Part shown: in pieces, positions 1 through 13,701 of the stretch | How the letters are laid out: each line of letters begins with the position of its first letter | Numbering within the stretch: the first letter of the stretch is position 1 | Origin: Octopus vulgaris | Lineage: Eukaryota | Length of the DNA stretch: 64,000 nt | Direction of reading: 5' to 3' | Assembly: GCA_951406725.2 (NCBI GenBank) | Contig: OX597838.1 | Span: 12,462,001-12,526,000, forward strand | Translations under genes and position numbers: made by a program | Notes under the pieces: model-generated | Databases searched by the model: none | Told to the model about the DNA's origin: nothing | Seen by the model: the letters and a program-made list of their open reading frames with translations, nothing else

Positions 1-270
1 CATTCGAAGCCTTCAATCTTCAGTCAGACACCGAATCATCATAGCAAATTTCAGCTGTTCAATTCTGATATTTGCTCCAACTCGGCCAGCCCCAAGAAAA
101 AAAACTAAGCTGTAAGCATTAGATTTCTTGGTAGAAGACAGGAATGTGAACGCACGAGACGGATGTAAATACGAGAGACGAAAACGAAATTGAAAACGGT
201 AACGGTTAAACAAAATATAATATAACGGTGGTTGTCATACGACTTTAGACCAAATGAGACAAAAACAACA
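1..270. mobile_element. Short repeat family (probable Penelope-like terminal fragment), copy 1, cut by window edge
   Basis: TTCGAAGC..TCTTCAGTCA..ATCATC..GCAA(A)TTTC(A/G)GCTG shared with 28627-28766 and 53862-53988; all three abut (TA)n. Confidence 0.45.
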
Positions 271-285
271 AATATATATATATAA

Positions 286-352
<67 letters not shown>

Positions 353-355
<3 letters not shown>

Positions 356-790
356 GGTTCGGTGAATAAACTGTCGTCTAAATTATGCAAAAATGAAAAC
401 AGCACTGACATCTCATTTTAACAGATATATTTACCAAAAGTACATAAAAATATCTCGAACGACATGGCCATTTGCTCCAACCACGGCCTCCAGACGACTT
501 CGGAATCTCCTGCAACTCTTCTGGACATTCTCCTTCTTTAAGTTGGTGAATGCTACCATAATCCCTGCCTTCAGTTCATCTTTGGTGTCACAAAGAGTTT
601 TGTTGGTCTCTCGCTCAACTGTGCCCTACACATAATAATCAAGGGCATTGTAATCTGGGGAGTTAGGGGTGATGTGGTCGCAGAAATTGTCTGACAGCCA
701 TGACTGGGTTCCCCTGCTTGAGTGACATGGTGCAGAGTCCTGCTGCCAGGCATAGAGTTTTCCAGTAGCCATCCTCTTCACCTACTACTG
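353..790 (-). mobile_element. Tc1/mariner (maT-like) transposase 3' remnant with terminal repeat
   Basis: Minus-strand translation QDSAPCH...QSWLSDNF...PNSPDYNALDYYV*GTVE...SCRRFRSRLEAVVGANG; in-frame stop; ends at TA next to (TG)n. Confidence 0.8.
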
Positions 791-1076
791 CAGCACCTAG
801 CCTATCAACAGTGTGTATACTTTAGGTATGATACATAAATGACTATTTTAATTGAATAATACTTCAGTTGCGTATACCGGAGTTTTAATCGGCACGGTTG
901 AGGCGGGGTGCTATTCGCAATATCAGTGAAAGCTTTATTCAATGTTCGCTACATTAGAGGTAAAGAATTCGTGATCGAGCATATGACTAGCTGTGAGTAA
1001 ACACCATTTAAAAGGCCCAGAGTGTCCGAAATGCATCTGCGGCTCTTTTAGGCCCTTGCTGGGAGGAGTTATCCTC

Positions 1077-1142
<66 letters not shown>

Positions 1143-1145
<3 letters not shown>

Positions 1146-1308
1146 TCTCCGCTTCATTTTTTCTTAATCACTCATTCTCATTTAATTGTATATATTTTAA
1201 TTGTTTGTTTATTCATAGGTTTCGTCTCATTCGATACCCTGACCCCAACGTTTGTTTTGTCTGTCCCCGTATTGTCCCCTCTTTTTCTCAGCCTTATGGT
1301 GAATAAAG

Positions 1309-1315
<7 letters not shown>
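1143..1315 (+). mobile_element. 5'-truncated Tx1-like LINE 3'UTR inserted in (TC)n
   Basis: Near-identical to 15793-15962, which follows Tx1-type coding sequence; ends AATAAAGAAATA; (TC)n on both sides. Confidence 0.75.
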
Positions 1316-1357
<42 letters not shown>

Positions 1358-1600
1358 TTTATTTTGTTTTTTAACACAGTACGACTATAAAACATATCTC
1401 AGAAAAATACTGTAACAATTTGTCTATCGACAATATACATTAGATATGATGCATAGATGGCTATTGTAATTAAATACTGCCTCAAATGCACATCCAAAAT
1501 TCCTAATCAGCCTACTCACAACATCAGTGAATGTTTTATTCAGCTTTTCCTATATCAGAGGCGGCGAATTTTCATCCGAGTATGTGATTGACTGTGAGTA

Positions 1601-1640
1601 CATCATTGAAAAGGGTCATAAGGCCGAAACGTATCTGGCG
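1601..1640 (+). ncRNA. Degenerate type-I hammerhead motif, U3-A8 variant
   Basis: CATCA-TTGAAAA-G-GGTC(ATAA)GGCC-GAAA-CGTA-TC-TGGCG; paralogous decayed motif at 1002-1042. Confidence 0.45.
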
Positions 1641-2009
1641 CTATCCCTGGCCGCTAATGGGACGAATATTCGTCTCTCTCTTCTATTCATTTTGTTTTTA
1701 ACACAGCACGCTGAGATGATATCTCAGAATAAACACGGCAGTAACTGGCCAATCGACGCTGTGTATACATTACGTATGATACATAGATACCTATTTCAAA
1801 TCAGATAGTTCTGAGGAAATTTAGGGAGTATAAGCGATACGCTTTACGCAATATTGTCAATTCTCAGGTAATGAATTTAATTATGTAATTAGTAATCCTT
1901 TCTTAATTCTAACTAACATATTCCTCTATTTTATTACTGCCCGTCGGGTCATCCGTATGAGATGATAACTGTATCACACAGTCGAGAGATCTATCTGTGT
2001 ATATATATG

Positions 2010-2223
<214 letters not shown>

Positions 2224-2225
2224 AA

Positions 2226-2515
2226 GTGGAGGCGCAATGGCCCAGTGGTTAGGGCAGCGGGCTCGCGGTCATAGGACCGCGGTTTCGATTCCCAGACCGG
2301 GCGTTGTGAGTGTTTAATGAGCGAAAAACACCTAAAAGCTCCACGAGGCTCTGTACCCTGCTGTACTCTTTCACCACTCTTTCTCTCTTTCTTCTGTTGG
2401 CCTGTTCGCTTAACCAGCGGGGTGGGGTCATTTGAAGGCTAACGCAGTGCGAACGCATTGTGATCAGCGATGTGTAACAACATCTGATGGTCTTGTCGGT
2501 CACGTCATCACGTGA
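2226..2515 (+). mobile_element. tRNA-derived SINE (family D)
   Basis: A-box TGGCCCAGTGG and B-box-like GGTTTCGATTCCC, followed by a non-tRNA body; flanked by (TA)n. Confidence 0.75.
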
Positions 2516-2651
2516 TATATATATATATATATATCCATTTATTTATACATGTGTGTGAGTGTGTGTATTCTGCTATGTGAATAAACGAAAATGGCGCTCA
2601 ACACTACTTGGTAGGAGTTACATATATTTTTTAAGATATATATATATACAT

Positions 2652-2719
<68 letters not shown>

Positions 2720-3590
2720 GTATGTATGTATTTGTAAATCTGTGTGTTATATATATGTGTGTGTATGTGTGTGTGTTATAGATAAACGCCTCGCACGTTT
2801 CACGCGTACGTATATTCTTCCAAAAATACATGGAAAAAAACAAAAGAGAAACAAGAAAATAACGAATTCGAAAACTTAAAAGAAAGAAAGAAAGAAACGA
2901 AGAAAACAAGGAAAGCAACAGAAATAATAAAAGGGATCAAAAAATGGCGGAGAGGATCTGCGTTGCTTCCCGAATTGTACATTTCTTTTTTTTTTTTTAT
3001 TCTCTTTCACTCTCTCTCCCTCTCTCCCTCTCTCCATCTCTCTCTCCTTCTCTCTCTCCCTCTCTCTCTCCCTCTCTCCCTCTCTCTCTCCTTCTCTCTC
3101 TCCTTCTCTCTCTCCCTCTCTCTCTCTGCTTCTCTCTCTGCTTCTCTCTCTCCCTCTCTCTATTTCTCTCCCTCCCTCCCTCTCTCTCTTTCTTTCTCTC
3201 TCTCTTTCCCCAAACATCCTACCCCGTTCCGCCCCTCACCTCCTACCCTCTCGTATTTTACCTATTTTCACTTTTATGTCACACTTCCGAGTCGGGCAAA
3301 TACGTCCGAGTCTGTTTCTTCGTTTAGCTTTCCGACAGCCCTCCGTACAACGCCCCCGCCCCCCATCTTCTCCAATCCCTAATTTCATTTTTTCTAACTT
3401 CGTCTGTCACTCACCCCACTCTCCCCACCATTCTCTCACTCTTTTTCTGTCTCCTTCTCACTCCCTCCCTCTCGCCCTCTCTCTCTCCCTCTATCTCTCT
3501 TTTTCTATCATTCTCTCTCTCATTCAGTCTATTTCACTCTCCCTTTCTAACTCAATTATTTATTACATACATTATATATATATACATTCA

Positions 3591-3625
<35 letters not shown>

Positions 3626-3628
3626 GCA

Positions 3629-3663
<35 letters not shown>

Positions 3664-3664
<1 letters not shown>

Positions 3665-3915
3665 GACGCAAGAGTTGTTGTGTGGTAAGAAGTTTGCTTA
3701 CTAACCACATGGTTCCGAGTTCAGTCCCACTGCGTGGCACCTTGGGTAAGTATCTTCTACCATAGCCTTGGGCCGACCACACGGAAACTGAAAGAAGCCC
3801 TTCGTATATATATATATATATATATACATATGTATGTATGTATGTATTTATTTATTTGTGTATCTGTGTTTGTCCCCACCACCATCGCTTGACAACCGAT
3901 GTTGGTGTGTTTGCG
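3664..3915 (+). mobile_element. SINE family A, partial
   Basis: Head GTGTGGTAAGAAGTTTGCT..GAGTTCAGTCCC and ACGGAAACTGAAAGAAGCCC body shared with other copies. Confidence 0.85.
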
Positions 3916-3967
3916 TTTGTGTGCTTGTGAGTGTATATATGTATATATATATATGTATATATATATA

Positions 3968-4190
3968 TCCTTACTACCCACAAGGGGCTAAACATAGAGT
4001 GGACAAACAAGGACAGGCAAACGGATTAAGCCGATTACATCGACCCCAGTGCGAAACTGGTACTATATTTATCGACCCCGAAAGGATGAAAGGCAAAGTC
4101 GACCTCGGCGGAATTTGAACTCAGAACGTAACGACAGACGAAATACCGCTAAGCATTTCGCCCGGCGTGCTAACGTTTCTGCCATCTCAC
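3968..4190 (-). mobile_element. SINE family B (Nin/Deu-domain-like)
   Basis: Reverse complement of GAGTTCAAATTCCGCCGAGGTCGACTTTGCCTTTCATCCTTTCGGGGTCGATAAA..AGTACCAG. Confidence 0.9.
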
Positions 4191-4231
4191 CTATCTATAT
4201 ATATATATATATATATATCTATATATATCTA

Positions 4232-4271
<40 letters not shown>

Positions 4272-4682
4272 CATACATACATACATACATACATACATAC
4301 ATACATACATACATACATACCTATACGCGTGTGTGTGTATGAACGTGTGTATGGGATGGTTGGTTGTTGTCTATGCAGTAAAGAGTATAGGAATCTGGGA
4401 CGCCACTAAATTCATCAGACTAGAATGAAGTGCTTGGATAAGGAGAAACAGGTGCAATAAGCACGACTACCTCCTGGTGAGACGCACGTGGCGTATGGCC
4501 AAAACTCACTCCCTCACCCCCCACCCCTACGGTGTTGGATTGCTCCACGCGCAACCCCCACCTACCCACGACTCCACGTTGACTATTAGTTCGACAGTGG
4601 AACAAATGGCTTCCAGGCAAACAACCAAAAGGTGACCGTTGTTCCAAATATATTTATCTGTATTTCTACAGATAAGAACTCA

Positions 4683-4719
<37 letters not shown>

Positions 4720-4811
4720 TAGAAAGAGGGGGAGCGACAATAATGTTTGCTATTATTTCGAGCTTTGGTGTTGGAGAAGACTTTTACGGATTCCATGGAC
4801 AGCGAGGCTCT

Positions 4812-5601
4812 CCAATGGAGAAGTTCTTAAGCAGATAAGGCCGAAAATGTCGCTAGAAGCTAGGATTACCAAGCATAGATTGGCATATTTCGGTCACATT
4901 ATGCGGAGAGAATCCCTGGAGAAGGACATCATGCTCAGAATGGTCAGTGGCAAGAGAGGAAGAGGCCGACCAATGGAAAAGTTCTTAAGCAGATCAGGCC
5001 GAAAATGTCGCTAGAAGCTAGGATCACCAAGCATAGATTGGCATATTTCGGTCACATTATGCGGAGAGAATCCCTGGAGAAGGACATCATGCTCAGAATG
5101 GTCAGTGGCAAGAGAGGAAGAGGCCGACCAATGGAAAAGTTCTTAAGCAGATCAGGCCGAAAATGTCGCTAGAAGCTAGGATCACCAAGCATAGATTGGC
5201 ATATTTCGGTCATATTATGCGGAGAGAATCCCTGGAGAGGGACATCATGCTCAGAATGGTCAGTGGCAAGAGAGGAAGATGCCGACCAATGGAAAAGTTT
5301 TTAAGCAGATCAGGCCGAAAATGTCGCTAGAAGCTAGGATCACCAAGCATAGATTGACATATTTCGGTCATATTATGCGGAGAGAATCCCTGGAGAGGGA
5401 CATCATGCTCAGAATGGTCAGTGGCAAGAGAGGAAGAGGCCAACCAATGGAAAAGTTCTTAAGCAGATCAGGCCGAAAATGTCGCTAGAAGCTAGGATCA
5501 CCAAGCATAGATTGGAATATTTCGGTCATATTATGCGGAGAGAATCCCTGGAGAAGGACATCATGCTCGGAATGGTCAGTGGCAAGAGGGGAAGAGGCCG
5601 A
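4812..5601 (+). repeat. 5 x 158-bp tandem repeat of RTE coding sequence
   Basis: Units start CCAATGG at 4812, 4970, 5128, 5286 and 5444. Confidence 0.95.
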
Positions 5602-5635
5602 CCAAGAACCCGCTGGCTTGACACCATCAAGAGTG

Positions 5636-5866
5636 ATACCTATTTCTTTATTACCCACAAGGGGCTAAACATAGAAGGGACAAACAAGGACAGATATAGG
5701 TATTAAGTCGATTACATCGACCCCAGTGCGTAACTGGTACTTAATTTATCGACCCCGAAAGGATGAAAGGTAAAGTCGACCTCGGCGGAATTTGAACTCA
5801 CAACGTAACGGCAGACGAAATACGGCTAAGCATTTCGCCCGACGTGCTAACGTTTCTGCCAGCTCG
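5636..5866 (-). mobile_element. SINE family B nested in RTE
   Basis: Splits the RTE at GATACC|GGAATGG (contiguous in the copy at ~6053-6065). Confidence 0.9.
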
Positions 5867-5985
5867 GAATGGACATAGCCAATCTGAAAGAAGCGGCCCA
5901 GGATAGAACTGACTGGAGGACACTGATCCAACGAGTAACCGAGAGTCGACTTCGACTGAGCGGATATATATATATATTATATATA

Positions 5986-6160
5986 CGGAATGGTCAGTGG
6001 CAAGAGAGGAAGAGGCCGACCAAGAACCCGCTGGCTAGACACCATCAGGAGTGATACCGGAATGGACATAGCCACTCTGAAAGAAGCGGCCCAGGATAGA
6101 ACTGACTGGAGGACACTGATCCAACGAGTGACCGAGAGTCGACTTCGACTGAGCGGATAG
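5986..6160 (+). mobile_element. Second 5'-truncated RTE 3' end
   Basis: Near-identical to 5568-5640 plus 5866-5965. Confidence 0.9.
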
Positions 6161-6292
6161 AGAGAGATTATAAGCAATGGCTGCCATGATTGTCTGTTGT
6201 ACGGCTGAGAGGTTCCGCCTCATCCAAGAATGAAAACAACAAGAAACCCTGCGACACAAATCGCAGTAAAACATAAGACGTCGAGAGCTCAG

Positions 6293-7344
<1,052 letters not shown>

Positions 7345-7494
7345 CATAAGACGTCGAGAGCTCAGGAATCAGTCCTAGGGGCCAGTGAAGGTGAACACCA
7401 GTCCTTAACAAAGCTAAGAGACATCATGAGGTAGAAACTCATAGATTTTCACAGAGTAGATTGGAATTTAAAAACAAAACAAAAAAATGACTAT

Positions 7495-8250
7495 GAAAGG
7501 CGAGAGCGTTGCCGTGTGGTAAGAAGATTGCTTCTCGACCATATCGTCTTGGGTTCAGTGCCGCTGCGTAGCACTTTGGGAAAGCGTCTTCAACTATAGC
7601 CCCGGGTCTGCCAAAGCTATGTGAGTGGATTTGGTAGACGGAAACTGAAAGAAGCCCGTCGTTCAGTACCGCTGCGTAGCACTTTGGGAAAGCGTCTTCA
7701 ACTATGAAAGGCGAGAGCGTTGCCGTGTGGTAAGAAGATTGCTTCTCGACCATATCGTCTTGGGTTCAGTGCCGCTGCGTAACACTTTGGGAAAGCGTCT
7801 TCAACTATAGCCCCGGGTCTGCCAAAGCCATGTGAGTGGATTTGGTAGACGGAAACTGAAAGAATCCCGTCGTATATATATGTGCGTGTCTGTGTGTGTT
7901 TGTGTGTGTGTGCGCGCGCACGTGAGAGGGAGCGGGAGTGTGTGAGTGTGTTTTCCCATCGCCGCTTGACAACCGGTATTGGTTTATTCTTTACTCTTTA
8001 CTCTTTACTCTTTACTCTTTTACTCTTTTACTTGTTTCAGTCATTTGACAATGGCCGTGCTGGAGCACCGCCTTTAGTCGAACAAATTGACTCCAGGATT
8101 TATTCTTTGTAAGCCTAGTACTTATTCTATCGGTCTCTTTTGCCGAACCGCTAAGTTACAGGCGACGTAAACACACCAGCATTGGTTGCCAAGCGATGGT
8201 GGAGGGACAGACACACAGACACACAAACATATACACACACACACATACAT
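7495..8250. mobile_element. SINE family A cluster (duplicated heads on +, then a 3' half on -)
   Basis: Repeated GCGAGAGCGTTGCCGTGTGGTAAGAAG heads; tail TTTTACTCTTTTACTTGTTTCAGTCATTTGAC. Confidence 0.85.
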
Positions 8251-8512
8251 ATATATATGCAGGGACGATTATGAAATTTATGGGATAGGAAAACGCAAAT
8301 GAAAACCAAAGCAGACACGGCCTTATCGTTGTCGGCCAGATATCAGCACATTTTCAACACCTTTCAACAATGTAGCACAAACGTGTTGGGGTCAGCAACA
8401 TCGAAACTGACAACGAAGAAACGAACAAATATAAAAGAAAGAAAAAGGAACAGAGTGAGAAAAATGAGGACCATGTAAGTTAAGGGGAAAATACAAAATG
8501 AAACAAACGCAC

Positions 8513-8660
<148 letters not shown>

Positions 8661-8707
8661 GCATACATACATACATACATACATACATACATACATACAT
8701 ACATACA

Positions 8708-8738
<31 letters not shown>

Positions 8739-8849
8739 GAGATAACTGTATAGTAGTACGACACCAGAGCAGGAACTAATAATAATTGGTTTCAACTCCA
8801 AGATGTTGACGTTCTGCAGCAAGGCGCTGGCGTATTCATTTAAAAAAAA

Positions 8850-9150
8850 AATAAACTATGGAAGGTCGAGTTGACATAACCAAATTTGTAGCCCAAAATA
8901 TATTTATGGACTTGGCAGAAAACTATTTCTTTCTTAAACATAATGTATAGAAGCTTTACACAAGCTGTCTCTACAATTTCCTGCAAGACCTTTGCAAGTC
9001 CAACAATAGCAGTGACTGATGAGAGACCGAGTAGAGAAAAAGGGGAGTGCGAGGATGTGTCGAATAGCTTTTGTGCAAATGAAAATGTGTTGTCAGAAGT
9101 AAGAGAACCCCGCAGAATCACGGTGTGTGCAACTGAAGCAGCAGTAAATT
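8850..9150 (+). mobile_element. Possible piggyBac-like transposase C-terminal relic
   Basis: Frameshifted TMEGRVDI..IFMDLA..IMYRSFT..ISCKTF resembles the piggyBac GGVD..LDLA..ILY..ISRR.F pattern; weak. Confidence 0.3.
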
Positions 9151-9714
9151 AAAATCGCCGTCATTGCATCATGTCATCTAATGGTGTGTAATGGGGTAGG
9201 AGGAATTACAACCCGTGTTTCGTGGTCTGCTACCACAACAGCTCCTTTATAGGATCCAGTTAGCTCAAGACATCATCAGGAGGAACCACGTCCGGTTTCG
9301 GCCCCTACTCCTCTACCGTTCTGACATGGCAGGCTCCCCCCCCTCACCTTTCGGAGGAGTCTTCAGCTCTGGTGTTGGGTGCATGTCTTCTTTCTTCTTC
9401 TTTCTTCTTGTTCCCTGGCCTCTTCGATGTATCGTCAGCGAGTGTCAGCCAGTAACTGACTGTCTTGTCTTGTATTTAATGTTAAGTAAAATTGGCGATT
9501 TTAATTTAATGTTCTTACAGTTGCATATACTGAGTTTTTCTACAGCCCAGAAAGCTTTTCAATATCGGGGAATGTTTTATTCTGTTTCAGTATATAGGAA
9601 ACAGCGAATAAAACATTCACTGGTACCGCAGAAGCTTGCTAGGTTTTAAGAAAAATTCAGTGAATGCAATTGAAAGAGCATTAAATTAAAATTACCATCT
9701 TTGTGTCATACTGA

Positions 9715-9765
<51 letters not shown>

Positions 9766-9770
9766 TATAT

Positions 9771-9898
9771 AGAGGGCATTATTACACATAAAAGCCTCAC
9801 GCTAAGAGGGACATCAGTCATTTCTACCAAAAAATTTTTGGGTAGAAATGAATGATGTCCCTCTTAGCGTGAGGCTTTTATGTGTAATAATGCCCTCT
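9771..9898. repeat. Near-perfect 128-bp palindrome within (TA)n
   Basis: AGAGGGCATTATTACACATAAAAGCCTCACGCTAAGAGGGACATC.. mirrored about 9834/9835; arm homologous to 51715-51790. Confidence 0.95.
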
Positions 9899-10023
9899 AT
9901 ATATAAATTAATATGTTCAATAAGAAAGAATTATTTTCGAAATTTTTCTCTTATGAGGTTTTCACGCTATCTACCTGATAATTTCTTGTTAAGATTCCTT
10001 ATTAAGAAGTTATCCTTAATTGT

Positions 10024-10049
<26 letters not shown>

Positions 10050-10055
<6 letters not shown>

Positions 10056-10200
10056 AAGGGCTAAAAACCACTATGTGGACAGCCATATGCTAGAAGTAGA
10101 TCACCTACGATCAAACTACAAAGGAAGAATGTAGTTTGATCGTAGGTGATCTACTTCTAGCATATGGCTGTCCACATAGTGGTTTTTAGCCCTTTGAATA
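10050..10200. repeat. Inverted repeat, 71-bp arms with 9-nt spacer, within (TA)n
   Basis: 10050-10120 is the reverse complement of 10130-10200 with one mismatch. Confidence 0.95.
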
Positions 10201-10314
10201 TACACATGTACTAGAATTTTCTCTGATTTTTCAGATTTTTGTATGCTAGGCTACTGGTTTTAAATTGATATTAATTAAATTAATATTCAAATTATCTCCC
10301 TCATTATTTAAATG

Positions 10315-10396
<82 letters not shown>

Positions 10397-11244
10397 CGAT
10401 AGAAGGCATGATGCTGTGGAATCATCGGACATAAAATATCTTCATACCTTTTGTGTTAAAAACACATAAAACAATATATGTCGGAGCGGAACGAACTTTG
10501 TAGGTGCAGTGAGTCACAAGAACGACAGACGCTTTTCACCATTCTTGAGGGTTGTCAATGCCATGCACCCGATTGTCATCTTCTTAATCAGAATTCGTGA
10601 TTCGGTATCTAGAAAACACAGAATAGAGAGTCAAGACTATTGAAAAGGTTGCAAGACGCAACGAAAATTTTAGGAAAATAAAAATAAGAAATAAGTGGAA
10701 ATTTTACCGGTGAGTGTGTTTAAATAATGAGGCACTAAAAGAGAATGACTCTCCCCAGACACAACAGAATAAAACATTCACCGGTACTGAAAAGTTTTGT
10801 ATGTCAGTGCCATACACCCGATTTTCATTTGCTCAAGTGAAGATCTGAACATGCGCAAAATTTGTTCAAGGTTTGTTCCCCGGGTACTGTGTCGAGCATC
10901 TTGGTAACCAACTATTTATCAGAAATGTACATCAAAACTACCCCCCTCTCGCCCTCCCTACAATCCAAACCTTGCCCCCTGTGACTTTTGGTTATTCTCC
11001 AGTCAGAAGGAGAATATGAAGGATGTTGTGACAAGAGTCCAGGACTCCTTTCATGAAGCAGTCATGGAGTGGCTGGTGCACTACAACAACTGCACTGATG
11101 TCAGAGAATCTTATTTTGAAAGGGTTTTGTGATCCTTTAAAATTAATAAATGTCTCAATATTAAAGAAACTTATAAAAGTCTCAAAACTTCCAGAACACG
11201 TCTTGAATAAGAAAACTGGGCTGGCAGATAAATTCGCTATATAT

Positions 11245-11814
<570 letters not shown>

Positions 11815-12239
11815 CTATTTGGCAATCCATCGTCATATATCTGAAAAGATGTAAAATATATTATTCAAATTTCAAAAAACGATTTACGAAAGTTGCAGAG
11901 AAAGGACAGAGCTAAATGAAACCCCATAAAACAAGACGATAAAAACTAAACTATTTTCTGCGTTTATTCAACTCTGACAACCCAGTGTTTCAGTTTGTGA
12001 GTAGGTGTTAGCGACTCTGCAACCATTGCATAACATTGCAGAGGCACGTCCGACATCTGACGTCACATAGCACGACGTATCTCTGACTGTTATCAGCTCA
12101 TCTCGTCTGCTTCATCCAGTTGCTGATATATGCTCATTCTCTCGATATGCTATATATCTGGTGCGTCTATATGATGCTATATCTATGTCCCGACGATATA
12201 CTGTGGTAGCAGCAGATCAGTGGTTATATATCTGTCAGA

Positions 12240-12365
<126 letters not shown>

Positions 12366-12657
12366 GTGTATGTATGTATGTATGTATGTATGTATGCGTA
12401 TATATACATACATATATTTATGTATTTATGTATTTATGCATACATGTGTGTACACACTCACACCACACACACGCGCACGTATCATTTCATTTTTGTATTT
12501 GTTTGCCAGATGTTTGGTGTGAAAACGTGTGTTAAAGGTTGTATATCGGAAGGGTCAGTTTTGCCTTTAAGAAACACACACACACCGTTTCCATTTCACT
12601 TTATTATTATTATTATTATTATCATTATTATTATTATCATTATTATTATTATTATTA

Positions 12658-12699
<42 letters not shown>

Positions 12700-12701
<2 letters not shown>

Positions 12702-13649
12702 CAACGATGTGCTGTCTTCTGGATCACTTCGAGCATGACGGCAGTTCCAATATTCTTAATATGTTTTTCAAAGCCCTTGAAAACTGCTTCTAATGCACCA
12801 ATTACCACTGGTATCACTATTATTTTCTTCATGCCCCATAACTTTCTTATCTCGTCCCGCAGTGGCTGGTATTTCTCGATCTTTTCTGTTTCCTTACATT
12901 TCACCCTCGAATCTCCTGATATTGCAACATCTGTTATCTTTGCTTCTTTTTCATCTTTATAGATGAGTACAATATTTGGTCATCTCGCCTCTATGACTTG
13001 GTTGCACTGCATGTTAAAATCCCAAAGTATTTTGTAATGTTCGCTTTCCATTACTCTCTCAGATCTCTTTAGTTTATGTGCTTTAGCTTTCATCTTCTGT
13101 TTTAATTCCTCAATCACATTGATAATTACCTGTTCATTGCTATTGTAGCACAGTTCTACCTGCACCATTCCTCTTCCCTCATTACTTCTAGATAGGTACA
13201 GGTCTGCTTTTGGGTGGTGCATGTTCTTAGATGTTTATAGTTTTCTTATCTTCCTGACCAGATGCTGGACTTCTTTAAGATTCCAGTTAATGATGTTAAA
13301 ACTGTATTGGACTACTGGAATAGCCAAGGTGTTGCGAATACATTCCATGTTTTTGTTAATCATAATGTTATACTATTTGTAGAAATACTTCTTACCCATT
13401 CTTGCCAGCATCTCTATCTAAATTGTTCGTGTTTGCTTGCTAATTTTCTGTCTTCGTTAACCAAAATTTAGTCTTACTTTAATTGAGTGTGGCTGTGTGG
13501 TAAGTAGCTTGCTTACCAACCACATGGTTCCGGGTTCAGTCCCACTGCGTGGTATCTTGGGCAAGTGTCTTCTGCTATAGCCTCGGGGCGACCAATGCCT
13601 TGTGAGTGGATTTGGTAGACGGAAACTGAAAGAAGCCTGTCGTATATAT

Positions 13650-13701
<52 letters not shown>

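Larger units (their letters stand above)
790..1800 (+). repeat. Decayed ~335-bp tandem repeat (3 diverged units); two units carry a hammerhead-like motif
   Basis: Homologous blocks TATGAT(A/G)CATA at ~827/1446/1775, ATCAGTGAA..TTATTCA at ~922/1523, CTGTGAGTA..AAAAGG..CCGAAA at ~991/1592. Confidence 0.6.
4770..5965 (+). mobile_element. RTE-clade LINE 3' end, with internal tandem amplification and a nested SINE
   Basis: Translation RLxYFGHIMRRESLEKDIMLGMVSGKRGRGRPRTRWLDTIKSDT/GMDIANLKEAAQDRTDWR is a typical RTE C-terminus. Confidence 0.9.

Noticed and set aside
1807-1862. CTGAGGA..CAATATTG-TC hammerhead-like motif
   Set aside because: GAAA is missing and stem II is unclear
2944-3382. Possible gene start (AAAATGGCGG, GC box near 3355)
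   Set aside because: The ORF runs straight into CT-rich repeat; no splice or homology support
4812-5601. CRISPR-like regular array
   Set aside because: No unique spacers; whole units repeat and encode RTE protein sequence; eukaryotic context
9016-9040. CTGATGA..GAAA motif
   Set aside because: No pairing stems; chance match
9205-9285. Minus-strand CTGATGA..GAAA-CACGGG-TT motif
   Set aside because: Partial stem II but stem I does not pair; too degenerate to count
12058-12065. CRE palindrome TGACGTCA as a promoter element
   Set aside because: A single 8-mer is expected by chance in 64 kb; no linked transcript evidence
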